Below, piece after piece: positions 20,050-28,379 of a stretch of DNA of 64,000 nucleotides. The stretch's first letter is position 1, and each line of letters opens with the position of its first letter. The notes under the pieces were generated by a model. It made no database searches. It saw nothing but the letters and a program-made list of their open reading frames with translations, and was not told the origin of the DNA. The stretch comes from a virus (taxonomy: Duplodnaviria > Caudoviricetes). Position numbers and translations under genes: made by a program. The stretch covers positions 1 to 64,000 of IMG/VR virus record IMGVR_UViG_3300032007_000071; one strand, given 5' to 3'.

Positions 20050-20205
20050 CCTTTGCAGTAGGTAATCACAGCTTTGAATCTTCAATAGGCATTTGTCTTT
20101 GGCTCGAAAGCATGAAGTATATACCGGATGGCCGAGTACTATCCGTCACGCGTCGCCGCTCCCTTGTTGTAGCTTTTGGGGGAAGGCGGCGCGTTCTTCT
20201 TTGAT
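20050..20205 (+). ncRNA. Candidate small regulatory RNA
   Basis: TAccTTTG promoter at 20050, hairpin cggatgg/ctatccg, then a strong terminator-like hairpin 20148-20194 with loop GTTGTAGCTTTT and a T-rich tail; no credible ORF. Confidence 0.55.
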
Positions 20206-20238
20206 AGCCATTGATGTTTTTGTGCCACATGTATGCGC

Positions 20239-20275
20239 TTGCCCTTGACTTCAAGGCGCTCGCACCCTATCTTAG
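20239..20275 (+). promoter_or_regulatory. Putative late promoter (GCCCTTGAC extended -33)
   Basis: TTGCCCTTGACTTC, 20 nt from CTTG to TAtcTTAG, ahead of the spanin-like gene. Confidence 0.65.
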
Positions 20276-20293
20276 CGACAAAAAACAGAATTT

Positions 20294-20776
20294 ATGGTAA
20301 GACAGAATCCCTATTATAACAACGACCCACGGCCGTTCCTCCTCCTGCTCTATGCGATGCTGGTGATGATGTTCCTCGCCCTGTTCGGTGGCTGCACCAC
20401 CACCCGTTACGTCCAGGTGCCGGTGAGACATACCGACACGCTCCGTCTCGTCCATGAGCGGCATGACAGCGTATGGCTGCACGACAGTATCTACCAGCGT
20501 GAGTACATGCGTGGCGATACCGTCTACCGCTACATCGACCGATGGCACAACCAGTACATCAAGCAGCTCCTCCGTGACACCGCCTATATCTCCCGTCGTG
20601 ACACCGTGCCGGTGCCTTACCCCGTGGAGAAGAAGGTCCCCGCCCAGCTCGCGTGGCATCAGCAGGCACGGCTCTGGCTGGCCAACCTCGTCCTCGTGGC
20701 ACTCGCCGTGGCTGCCGGGGTATGGATCATCAGAAAACGGAGCTGGTGGCTGGAGAAGATCCGGAAGCTGCTGTAA
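20294..20776 (+). CDS. Candidate unimolecular spanin (lipoprotein with C-terminal TM helix)
   Basis: Lipobox LFGGC, beta-rich DT/DS repeats, C-terminal TMD LWLANLVLVALAVAAGVWII followed by basic residues. Confidence 0.6.
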   Translation: MVRQNPYYNNDPRPFLLLLYAMLVMMFLALFGGCTTTRYVQVPVRHTDTLRLVHERHDSVWLHDSIYQREYMRGDTVYRYIDRWHNQYIKQLLRDTAYISRRDTVPVPYPVEKKVPAQLAWHQQARLWLANLVLVALAVAAGVWIIRKRSWWLEKIRKLL

Positions 20777-20789
20777 GCCAGTTCCCCAT

Positions 20790-21225
20790 CGGTCGCAGTG
20801 CTCCCTTATTTGGGGGCGCACTTCGTGCTTGAAATTTTACTTAAAATTTGGCCTTAAAATTTTACTTAAAATTTGGCTGGCGCGATGATGGGCGGTCGCA
20901 GAGCTCCCTTATTTGGGGGCGCTCCGCTTGAAATTATATTTAAAATTTATATTTAAAATTTTATTTAGAATTGGCTGGCGCGGTGCTTGTTTCCGCATGG
21001 ACCCTATCCGCATGAAAGGGTGGCAGGAAAATTTTAAATTCAATTCTAAATAATAATTCTAAATATAATTTCAAGCGAAGCGACCAGAAGCAGCGCGAAG
21101 CGCTCCAAGCAATCGGTGGGCAGGAAAATTTTAAGTCAAATTTTAAGTAAGAATTTTAAGTAAAATTTTAAGCGGAGCGACCCCATAAAAAGCGAAGCGC
21201 CCATCAGCAAGGGAGCTTGCGACCG
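20790..21225 (+). repeat. Modular AT-rich inverted-repeat element, copy C (2 left + 2 right arms)
   Basis: Same arm and core motifs as copies A, B, D-G. Confidence 0.9.
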
Positions 21226-21259
21226 ACAAAACGAATACGAAAACAAAATATAGACAACT

Positions 21260-21529
21260 ATGAAGCAACTTGCATTATCCGAGCTCCGGCGTGTCGCCGA
21301 GCGGTTCACAGGAGCTCACGAGCGCATCCCCTGGCGGGTGTGGTACGTCGCCGCCAACAACGGCGATGTCATCCGTGGCGAGGAGGTCATCACCCTCAGT
21401 GTCGATGTGCCGCCCAACTGCCCCGGTGCCTACCCCTCCCGACTGGTACAGTTCACCGCCAGCGGCCAGACCCGCCGCCTCCGTGACTGCTGTATACTAA
21501 GGGCTGACGACTACGAGTTGGTCGTGTGA
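21260..21529 (+). CDS. Hypothetical protein
   Basis: 89-aa ORF with an A-rich leader (gacaactatg). Confidence 0.65.
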   Translation: MKQLALSELRRVAERFTGAHERIPWRVWYVAANNGDVIRGEEVITLSVDVPPNCPGAYPSRLVQFTASGQTRRLRDCCILRADDYELVV

Positions 21530-21618
21530 TGGAGTTAGGAGCTATTAGGAGTTAGGAGATAGGAGTTAGGAGTTAGGAGTTAATTTGGCACACACGATTA
21601 AAAACAATTAATAATATC

Positions 21619-22119
21619 ATGGAACCCAAGAAGTATTTACATAAACTCGCGCAAGCCGTGAGCCGACGCAGTGGCATCAGTATCAACACCTGCTTGGTGG
21701 TACTCCCTGCCCTCTTCGACGAGATGCGCTACATGCTCTGTGAGGGCGACTACCGTTGCGTGACGGTGGAGAGCTTCGGCACCCTCACCGTCAAGGAGCG
21801 GCCCCGCCGTCACTACCGCCGCCTCTTCCCCGACGGCACGAGTCAGCTCATCGAACTGCCACCGAAGCTCATCGTGAAGTTTCTCCCCACCGCCAACCTG
21901 CGGAGGGAGGTGGAGTCCTCCAGTTTCGATCCCACCCGCCAGTCGTTCGTCATCCATCCCGACGATCATGGCATCCGCACGCGGAAGGCGGTGAAGAGTA
22001 AGGCGAAGAAGCACGACCTGTTCTTTGCCATCGACGGCGTGGTGAAACGTGACGACCCGGTGCCCGACCACCCCAAGCGCATCCGTATCATCCGTGGAAA
22101 GGACAGCTCAGAGGAATAA
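21619..22119 (+). CDS. HU/IHF-family DNA-binding protein
   Basis: VTVESFGTLTVKERPRR...IELPPKLIVKFLPTANLR, HU fold signature. Confidence 0.8.
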   Translation: MEPKKYLHKLAQAVSRRSGISINTCLVVLPALFDEMRYMLCEGDYRCVTVESFGTLTVKERPRRHYRRLFPDGTSQLIELPPKLIVKFLPTANLRREVESSSFDPTRQSFVIHPDDHGIRTRKAVKSKAKKHDLFFAIDGVVKRDDPVPDHPKRIRIIRGKDSSEE

Positions 22120-22201
22120 GCGGTCTTTGGCACACAGCTTTCACGATGATTAAGCGAACGGGGCACGGAGCGTCCGAGCAGTCAGTAAGGCTGAATTTTC
22201 A

Positions 22202-22268
22202 AATCAGTACTACTGATTTCCAGCAATCAGTACTACTGTTTTCTCGCAATCAGTACTACTGATTTCTC
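22202..22268. repeat. Three tandem 23-bp palindromic units
   Basis: aatcagtactactgatt core, three times. Confidence 0.8.
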
Positions 22269-22290
22269 GGGGCCCCTTTCGGGGGTTGGG

Positions 22291-22715
22291 TGGGGCGCAC
22301 TTCGTGCTTGAAATTTTACTTAAAATTTGGACTTAAAATTTTACTTAAAATTTTACTGCCACCGATTGCTCTGGGCGCTTCGCGCTGCTTCCCTGGGTTC
22401 GGGGCGCTTCGCTTGAAATTGGATTTATAATTTTTATTTAGAATTTGATTTAAAATTTTCCTGCCCACCCTTTCCTACGGATAGGCGGATAGCCGAACTG
22501 GATGATCCTATGGGAACGCGTACCGCGCCATCCAAATTTTAAGTAAAATTTTAAGTAAGAATTTTAAGTAAAATTTTGAGCGGAGCGACCATACAGCAAG
22601 GGAGCTTGCGACCGACAATCATCGCTCCAGCCAATTCTAAATAAAATTATAAATAGAAATTCTAAATAAAATTTCAAGCGGAGCGCCCAAAAAAAAGAGG
22701 AAGCGGAGCGACCGG
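22291..22715 (-). repeat. Modular AT-rich inverted-repeat element, copy D (core reversed)
   Basis: cctgcccaccctttcctacggatagg-core-cgcgccatccaaatttt between inverted arms. Confidence 0.9.
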
Positions 22716-22768
22716 AATATAGAAAACACTTTTTGTACCACATAATTAACAATTAAACACAAAAGACT

Positions 22769-23305
22769 ATGGCTACCATCAAGTATCAAGTCAAGGAGAA
22801 CAATACCATCGGTACTCACTCCTTCTATGCACAAGCAGTCAGTTACAGCACCCTCGACATCTCCGACCTCGCGTCAGAGGTGGCCGAGAACATCGGCATC
22901 TCGCCGTCTACCGTGAAGATGGTGCTCGAACGTTACGCTGTCGTGGCAGAGCGCAGCATCATGCGTGGCCACCGTGTGAAGCTCGGCGACCTCCTCACCT
23001 TCTATCCGCAGATCAGTGCCTCCGTCAAGGATGAGCTCGACAAGGAGGGACACGTCGTGAAGAAAGCCACAGCCGACATGCTGAAGATCTCCGGCTGTAA
23101 GAGCACCATCGGTGCCACCATCTCCCAGGCGGTGCAGCAGCAGTTCGCCGCCAAGGTGTCGTGGAAGCGTGCCGGCGAAGACGATGCTGTGACGAAGGAC
23201 GACGGCACAACGGGTGGCAGCACGCCTGGCGCATCCGGCAGTTCGTCGGAGGGTGGCAGCGCTTCCGGTTCGGGCGACTCAGGTTCTTACGGAACCAACG
23301 AGTGA
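22769..23305 (+). CDS. Bacteroidota HU-like DNA-binding protein with low-complexity tail
   Basis: DLASEVAENIGISPSTVKMVL...GHRVKLGDLLTFYPQIS typical of Bacteroidota HU variants. Confidence 0.78.
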   Translation: MATIKYQVKENNTIGTHSFYAQAVSYSTLDISDLASEVAENIGISPSTVKMVLERYAVVAERSIMRGHRVKLGDLLTFYPQISASVKDELDKEGHVVKKATADMLKISGCKSTIGATISQAVQQQFAAKVSWKRAGEDDAVTKDDGTTGGSTPGASGSSSEGGSASGSGDSGSYGTNE

Positions 23306-23333
23306 CGACAGGGGCTAAGACCCAATTCTATTA

Positions 23334-23366
23334 AGAGGACTGCTTAGCGCAACAGTCCTCTTTTTT
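23334..23366 (+). terminator. Intrinsic terminator
   Basis: aagaggactg..cagtcctctttttt. Confidence 0.8.
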
Positions 23367-23376
23367 ATAGATATAG

Positions 23377-23473
23377 GGTGAAATAAAAACACATATAAAA
23401 TGTTAAATTTGTAGGCTTGAAGAAAATTTCTCCCGAAATTGTTTGGAGGTGAAATAAAAACACATTACCTTTG
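23377..23473 (+). promoter_or_regulatory. Promoter with duplicated 18-bp operator-like repeat
   Basis: TTTG(23442)-20 nt-TAccTTTG(23466); ggtgaaataaaaacacat at 23377 and 23448. Confidence 0.7.
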
Positions 23474-23500
23474 CAGCGAACAATTAAAGCTACAACAATT

Positions 23501-24049
23501 ATGGATACAGCAAAAGTGAAGATGACGCAGGATGCGCTCTATAAATACCTAACCGACCACGACGTGAAAATCTCACGCATAGCGGAGCTAATGGGGTTAG
23601 GTCCGAATTGCGTTATATCATGTTTTCGGCATAATAACAACAGTCATGGGAATCCGAGATATTTCAGTGTGGAGAATATTCAGAAGCTGAACGAAGCGCT
23701 TCCTAAACTCGCTATGCAACTGCGATTTAGCTTGATAACCTTTGGTAGTGACAAGATGTACGCCAATAGGCATGGTCGTGTATATGATCCTGGGATGATC
23801 GAGCCACTCAACGAACTTGGCGAGCTTATGAATCTAATTGGCCTTACCGGACGTTTGTTAGGATGGAGTAAGTCTAAGAAAATGAGTGTGTTCAGCTCTC
23901 CAACAAGTAAGGCTTATGGGCATATCACCGAGTCGGACATAACAACTATAAATACGGAAATAATTTCCGTTGCAGGTGTATTGGAGAATGTAGAAATAGT
24001 TCCTGATGACAATGCCTATGATGGCAACCCTACCTCTTCTAAGGAATAA
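23501..24049 (+). CDS. Hypothetical, probable HTH transcriptional regulator
   Basis: Monocistronic; N-terminal KISRIAELMGLGPNCVISCF HTH-like; two internally similar halves. Confidence 0.6.
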   Translation: MDTAKVKMTQDALYKYLTDHDVKISRIAELMGLGPNCVISCFRHNNNSHGNPRYFSVENIQKLNEALPKLAMQLRFSLITFGSDKMYANRHGRVYDPGMIEPLNELGELMNLIGLTGRLLGWSKSKKMSVFSSPTSKAYGHITESDITTINTEIISVAGVLENVEIVPDDNAYDGNPTSSKE

Positions 24050-24111
24050 GAGACACCTTATTATATATATGTATTCGCAAAGGTAATATATACTTGTTTT
24101 ACTTTTGATAA

Positions 24112-24150
24112 TAAACGGCAGTCTGCAATAAATGCGGATTGCCGTTTGTT
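24112..24150. terminator. Bidirectional terminator
   Basis: aaacggcagtc..gattgccgttt flanked by T tracts. Confidence 0.65.
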
Positions 24151-24289
24151 TTTATTATTTTCTCCCTTAATTCGCTATATATGCGCAAAAAAGATAAAAA
24201 AAAAATTTGAATCGAAATATTTACCCCGCGCCTCGCTAAGCGGTGTGGGGCGTCCGGCGGGTTCTGGCGTCCTCCGCAAATATGCAAAG

Positions 24290-24448
24290 GTAGTGCAGCG
24301 TTGGGGATAGGTAGTGCAGCGTTGGGGGATAGATAGTGCAGCGTTGGGGATAGGTAGTGCAGCGTTGGGGATAGGTAGTGCAGCGTTGGGGATAGGTAGT
24401 GCAGCGTTGGGGATAGATAGTGCAGCGTTGGGGATAGGTAGTGCAGCG
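24290..24448. repeat. 21-bp tandem array (7 full units + 1 partial)
   Basis: gtagtgcagcgttggggatag repeated almost perfectly with no spacers. Confidence 0.92.
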
Positions 24449-24645
24449 GCAAAAGGTATCCAGGGCAGCGAGAAAAGGTTTTTTGCGTATATAAGGTTCG
24501 CGCGTGCGTTAAAGAGGTACGCGCGCATGAAGCCCTCAGAACATAGTGTAAACAAACGTAAACAAATGTAACAAAACCTTTCAAACCCCTTATATAATAG
24601 GTAAAACAAAAAACGGTAACTTTATTGTTAAAAGTGTTAAGAGCA

Positions 24646-24677
24646 TTTGGAGCGTAAAAGAAAACATAGTAACTTTG
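24646..24677 (+). promoter_or_regulatory. Consensus promoter for the early/accessory block
   Basis: TTTG(24646)-20 nt-TAacTTTG(24670). Confidence 0.7.
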
Positions 24678-25182
24678 CAAGCGTAAAACAGAAACAAACG
24701 TTTTACACTCGCTCTTTGATTTGCTTACATACGATACGGAGTGGTACATTGGGAGGCTGCACTTTATCATCATTTCGGTAAAGTGTACATCAACGTTTCA
24801 GGCTGCAATGCCTGTTTGGCTAACTCTTTTATAGGTTTTGGCTACTCTTTGAGTCGCTCGAAAGGCATACATACGGTGGGCGGTATGATGAAAATCATAT
24901 ATAACCCGTATGTAGATAGTCAAGCAATGTATTTAGTACGTATCCGAAAAGTTTGTAATAAGCTATTTACTTATTGGCACTATATGGAGGCTAACGTCTC
25001 AAGCTACGGGTGTATTGGCAATATTAATGCACCTAAAAGTATTGCATATTGTCTTCAGTGCGGCTAACGTCTCAAGCGACTTTTCAGGCTATTTGCCTAT
25101 TGCCTGAAAACAACGTATTGCATATTGCCAAACTGCAAAGCATATAGAAAGTAGTAAGTAGGTAGTGGGGGCAAAGTACCAA

Positions 25183-25238
25183 CCCTAAATGGTTGCGCCC
25201 TGTTGGGCGTCTTAGGTTCGATTCCTTTGAGTTAGGGG
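25183..25238 (+). ncRNA. tRNA-like fold 1 (not a complete tRNA)
   Basis: Closing stem ccctaa/ttaggg, tggt linker, gcgccc/gggcgt hairpin, T-arm agg-TTCGATT-cct. Confidence 0.5.
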
Positions 25239-25269
25239 CTAATTGTTTCACTTTCAAAATTTTATAACT

Positions 25270-25947
25270 ATGTTGTACAAAAAGAATTCAATCAATGCAG
25301 GTGTTAAGTCTATGATTAAGAAGTCGGCATCCCTTACGCAGGTATGCAAGGCTATCAGCGGTGTGGGCGGTTATATCGCTATCAGCGACAAGGAGAAGGT
25401 GCGCCCTCTGGAGCTTATGCAGTCATTGGGCGTGCACGTTCCTAAGAACTCCTACAAGCCAAATGACATCCTTTTGGCATGGTCTGCTCGTCTCAAAGAC
25501 GGCAAGCAGATACTGATGGCTCACGCTATCCCCTACGTAGTGGACTTTATGGGCTTCGACTATCCGCTCTATCGTCTCAAAGACGATAAGTATCAGCGTG
25601 TATCAGTGCAGCACCTGTGCCGTGTTGTCAATGCGGAGGATAAGTCCGACGCTACCGACGTTGTAATCAGTGCCGCAAATGTGCTTCGTGGCTTGCAGCA
25701 GAGCGTCTATGTGGAGGATACCCTCGCAAAGGTCGCAAAGTCGGAGGCTGCCTGTGCAGCTATCAAGGAGGGCTACATCAACGTATCTACCGACAAAAAG
25801 AGCGAGGAGTGGGTGCGCATCGTCAAGGGTGACGATGGCGTATGGTCTATCGCTACGGAGGAGGAGCAGGTAGCCTCCAACGCAAAGAATGAGGCTAAAA
25901 AGTCTACTCGCAAAGGTACTCGCAAAAGTGCAAAGAAAGCAGCTTGA
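25270..25947 (+). CDS. Hypothetical early protein (Lys-rich tail)
   Basis: First clear ORF of the early block, ataactATG leader. Confidence 0.75.
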   Translation: MLYKKNSINAGVKSMIKKSASLTQVCKAISGVGGYIAISDKEKVRPLELMQSLGVHVPKNSYKPNDILLAWSARLKDGKQILMAHAIPYVVDFMGFDYPLYRLKDDKYQRVSVQHLCRVVNAEDKSDATDVVISAANVLRGLQQSVYVEDTLAKVAKSEAACAAIKEGYINVSTDKKSEEWVRIVKGDDGVWSIATEEEQVASNAKNEAKKSTRKGTRKSAKKAA

Positions 25948-25962
25948 TGCTTAGGCACTCTA

Positions 25963-26017
25963 TCCGTGCATGGTGTGGCATCGCATAGGTGCTATGGGGT
26001 TCGATTCCCCACACGGA
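25963..26017 (+). ncRNA. tRNA-like fold 2 (not a complete tRNA)
   Basis: Closing stem tccgtg/cacgga, tggt linker, small hairpin, T-arm gggg-TTCGATT-cccc. Confidence 0.5.
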
Positions 26018-26048
26018 ACTATTGTATAACTTTCAAAAAATTACAACT

Positions 26049-26471
26049 ATGGCAACACTGAAAGACGTATGTGCTTCTTTGCCTACGGAGTGGGTAGAGC
26101 ACGAGGAGAAGAAAGAGCGCAACGAGGCTATCCGCTTGTCGGAACGCCTCGCTTGGAAAGTGCAGCGCAAAGCAGAGCATGACCGCTATCGTGCTTATCG
26201 TCAACGTGAGAAACGTCGTGCCATCCGTCGGGGTGAGCATGGCGTTTCGCTTGAAAGCAGCCGCAAGGCGGTGCGCCGTGAGACGATGCCAGAGCCTATG
26301 CGCAAAGAGAGCACCAAAGAGATGTTCTTCTATGGACAGGGGGTGCGTCAGCCAAAGAAGGCTAAAAACAAAGCGTCAAGCGAGGAAATGGGCACTATTG
26401 GTCGTCGTATCGTGGTGAAAAGGTTTGCAGGTAGCCGTATCACCTGCGTATGTAAAAGCAGAATTTATTAA
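26049..26471 (+). CDS. Hypothetical basic protein
   Basis: ttacaactATG leader; 140 aa. Confidence 0.65.
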   Translation: MATLKDVCASLPTEWVEHEEKKERNEAIRLSERLAWKVQRKAEHDRYRAYRQREKRRAIRRGEHGVSLESSRKAVRRETMPEPMRKESTKEMFFYGQGVRQPKKAKNKASSEEMGTIGRRIVVKRFAGSRITCVCKSRIY

Positions 26472-26490
26472 ATATTTGGAGGACAAAACT

Positions 26491-26727
26491 ATGGCAAACA
26501 ACGTTTTTACACTTTATCAGACCAACGAGCCTAACATCTTGGGTGGGCTCATGACGTATAACAGCCTATCGGAGGCTATGGACCACGTGGGAAAGATGGG
26601 CTGCTTCGGCAGACGCATCACGAAGGTCTATGCGGTAACATACGTGAACTCGGAATGGTGGCGCGGTCACTATACGGGCTACCTGTGCGAGGTGCTGGGA
26701 CAAGGTTTAATATATTCAATCGACTAA
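26491..26727 (+). CDS. Hypothetical protein
   Basis: atatttggaggacaaaactATG leader. Confidence 0.65.
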   Translation: MANNVFTLYQTNEPNILGGLMTYNSLSEAMDHVGKMGCFGRRITKVYAVTYVNSEWWRGHYTGYLCEVLGQGLIYSID

Positions 26728-26744
26728 TATTTGGAGGACAGACT

Positions 26745-27035
26745 ATGAACGCATTATGGTTACTCAACGCCCTGCTTGATACGCAGGTGAATATGGAGGC
26801 CGTGGGCAAAACGCGGCTATCCAGTAAGAATGACGTGTGGGAGTTGCTCGGCTATCCCGTTGAAAAGGACATCGAGCCGGGAGTGTATATGTACGCATGC
26901 TCTGACTCTCTCAACGACTCGCAATTCGAGTATCTCGAATCTGGAGCGGACGCTATCGTGTGGACGGACGAGCCGAGCAAGGACGGCAGCGATGCTCCTA
27001 TGTGCTATCTTCTGTTCCGCATAGACGGAATGTAA
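26745..27035 (+). CDS. Hypothetical acidic protein
   Basis: atatttggaggacagactATG leader, near-identical to that of the previous gene. Confidence 0.65.
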   Translation: MNALWLLNALLDTQVNMEAVGKTRLSSKNDVWELLGYPVEKDIEPGVYMYACSDSLNDSQFEYLESGADAIVWTDEPSKDGSDAPMCYLLFRIDGM

Positions 27036-27045
27036 CAATATCGCT

Positions 27046-27225
27046 ATGGCAGAGAAAACGCTAATCGTAAGGCTCGTTCCGCACTATCTCCAGCTGCGGA
27101 ACGAGCGGACCTACACCGAGGTGCAGGTGAAAAACATTCTATACGCTTTCGCCCGTGATTTGGGGTGCAAGTGGACAGAGGCTAAATTGCGGGCTTTTAT
27201 CGAGTCCGTTTTCGACTTCGATTAA
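27046..27225 (+). CDS. Hypothetical 59-aa protein (below ORF-track cutoff)
   Basis: MAEKTLIVRLVPHYLQ...FIESVFDFD; fills the gap between co-oriented genes. Confidence 0.55.
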   Translation: MAEKTLIVRLVPHYLQLRNERTYTEVQVKNILYAFARDLGCKWTEAKLRAFIESVFDFD

Positions 27226-27238
27226 ACACTATTCGCTT

Positions 27239-27460
27239 ATGAAAACTATGCTTCGTATGTTCGTGGCTATCATTGTGGCCATGAACGCAGGCGTTGTCGC
27301 TATCCTGCTCGACTGGAGCGACAACGCAGTCGTCGCCGTGACGTTCACGGTGCTAATCGTTGTGGGTTTCGTCGTCGGTGTGTTTGATATTCCTGACGAC
27401 AACCATCGTGCTATCCGCAAGGATATGTACCACGACAAGGACATGGGCAAAGCAGCCTAA
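27239..27460 (+). CDS. Small two-TM membrane protein
   Basis: Two hydrophobic segments, 73 aa. Confidence 0.6.
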   Translation: MKTMLRMFVAIIVAMNAGVVAILLDWSDNAVVAVTFTVLIVVGFVVGVFDIPDDNHRAIRKDMYHDKDMGKAA

Positions 27461-27541
27461 GACTAAAAGACATGTTTTTCTAAGACAGAAAGACAAAAAG
27501 AACATATTTTTACGCTAAAACTTTCAAAAATCACACAAAAA

Positions 27542-27760
27542 ATGAAAAAGATTATTCGTACTATCATTGCATATATCGTTATCGTGACCAATTTCGGTGT
27601 GGCTATCGTGGCTGCACTTCGGGTCGGATTCTACATGATTGACACCCTCAACCTCGTCGGGTTCTGGGTGTTCTTCGACGCGATTGCTACTATCAGCGTG
27701 TTCACACTCACGTTCCTTGCATTGGAGCGTGGTGCAAATGCGCTCAATCTCGACATCTAA
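27542..27760 (+). CDS. Small two-TM membrane protein
   Basis: Two hydrophobic segments, 72 aa. Confidence 0.6.
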   Translation: MKKIIRTIIAYIVIVTNFGVAIVAALRVGFYMIDTLNLVGFWVFFDAIATISVFTLTFLALERGANALNLDI

Positions 27761-27801
27761 ATCAACAATCAACAATTACATCAACTTTCAAAACTACAGC
27801 T

Positions 27802-28050
27802 ATGATTATCAAATTCGATTTCCACAAGCATATCAGTAATCTTAACGTCAAGAAGAGCGTCAAGCGTGTATCTCTCGCAGCTGCCACAGCTGCTATGTGC
27901 CTGAATCTCGGTCTCAGTGCGGAGGACACTGAGGCTGCCGAGGCTGCTATGCACGACATCGCACAGGAGAAGGGCGCTGCTAAGGCACGTGCCGTCATCG
28001 CAGATATGAACAACGACCACGACCCGTTCGACGGGCCGTTCATCGCATAG
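27802..28050 (+). CDS. Hypothetical protein
   Basis: actacagctATG leader. Confidence 0.6.
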   Translation: MIIKFDFHKHISNLNVKKSVKRVSLAAATAAMCLNLGLSAEDTEAAEAAMHDIAQEKGAAKARAVIADMNNDHDPFDGPFIA

Positions 28051-28095
28051 ACAGAGAGACAGGTTCAAGACAGAAAGACATAAAAAACATATCCT

Positions 28096-28353
28096 ATGGA
28101 AAAATTTAATGGCAGCGCTTTCATGCGCGACGTCTATCTGCACTCAACTCCGAGTGTGGACATCGACAAGGTAGAGGGGGCTATCACCCCCTGGTACTAT
28201 ACCATCCACGAGCACACCGTCTATGCGCTGATGCGCAAGTATGGAGTGCTCGACAGCAACAACAAGGTTCTAAACGCTGACTGGAACGTTGGCGTGAATA
28301 TGTGGCTCCTAAGCAAGGGGCCACGTGTAGTACGTGACACTAAAGCAGCATAA
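28096..28353 (+). CDS. Hypothetical protein
   Basis: 85-aa co-oriented ORF. Confidence 0.6.
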   Translation: MEKFNGSAFMRDVYLHSTPSVDIDKVEGAITPWYYTIHEHTVYALMRKYGVLDSNNKVLNADWNVGVNMWLLSKGPRVVRDTKAA

Positions 28354-28379
28354 TCTATTCACTTCAAAATTTTACAGCT

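Noticed and set aside
20454-20888. Repeat arms as coding Leu/Ile/Lys amphipathic peptides (LKILLKI)
   Set aside because: Other copies contain stops and frame changes; conservation is at the DNA palindrome level
24290-24448. CRISPR array
   Set aside because: Repeats are contiguous with no unique spacers and there are no cas genes; the same applies to the arrays at 13746, 14427, 16518, 22202 and 43051
24099-24773. ORFs 24099-24773(-), 24175-24609(-), 24314-24571(+) with heptapeptide repeats
   Set aside because: Products of the 21-bp array read in three frames; no start context or codon bias
25183-26017. Functional tRNA genes
   Set aside because: Only about 55 nt each, no D-stem, no 7-bp acceptor with CCA, no canonical anticodon arm
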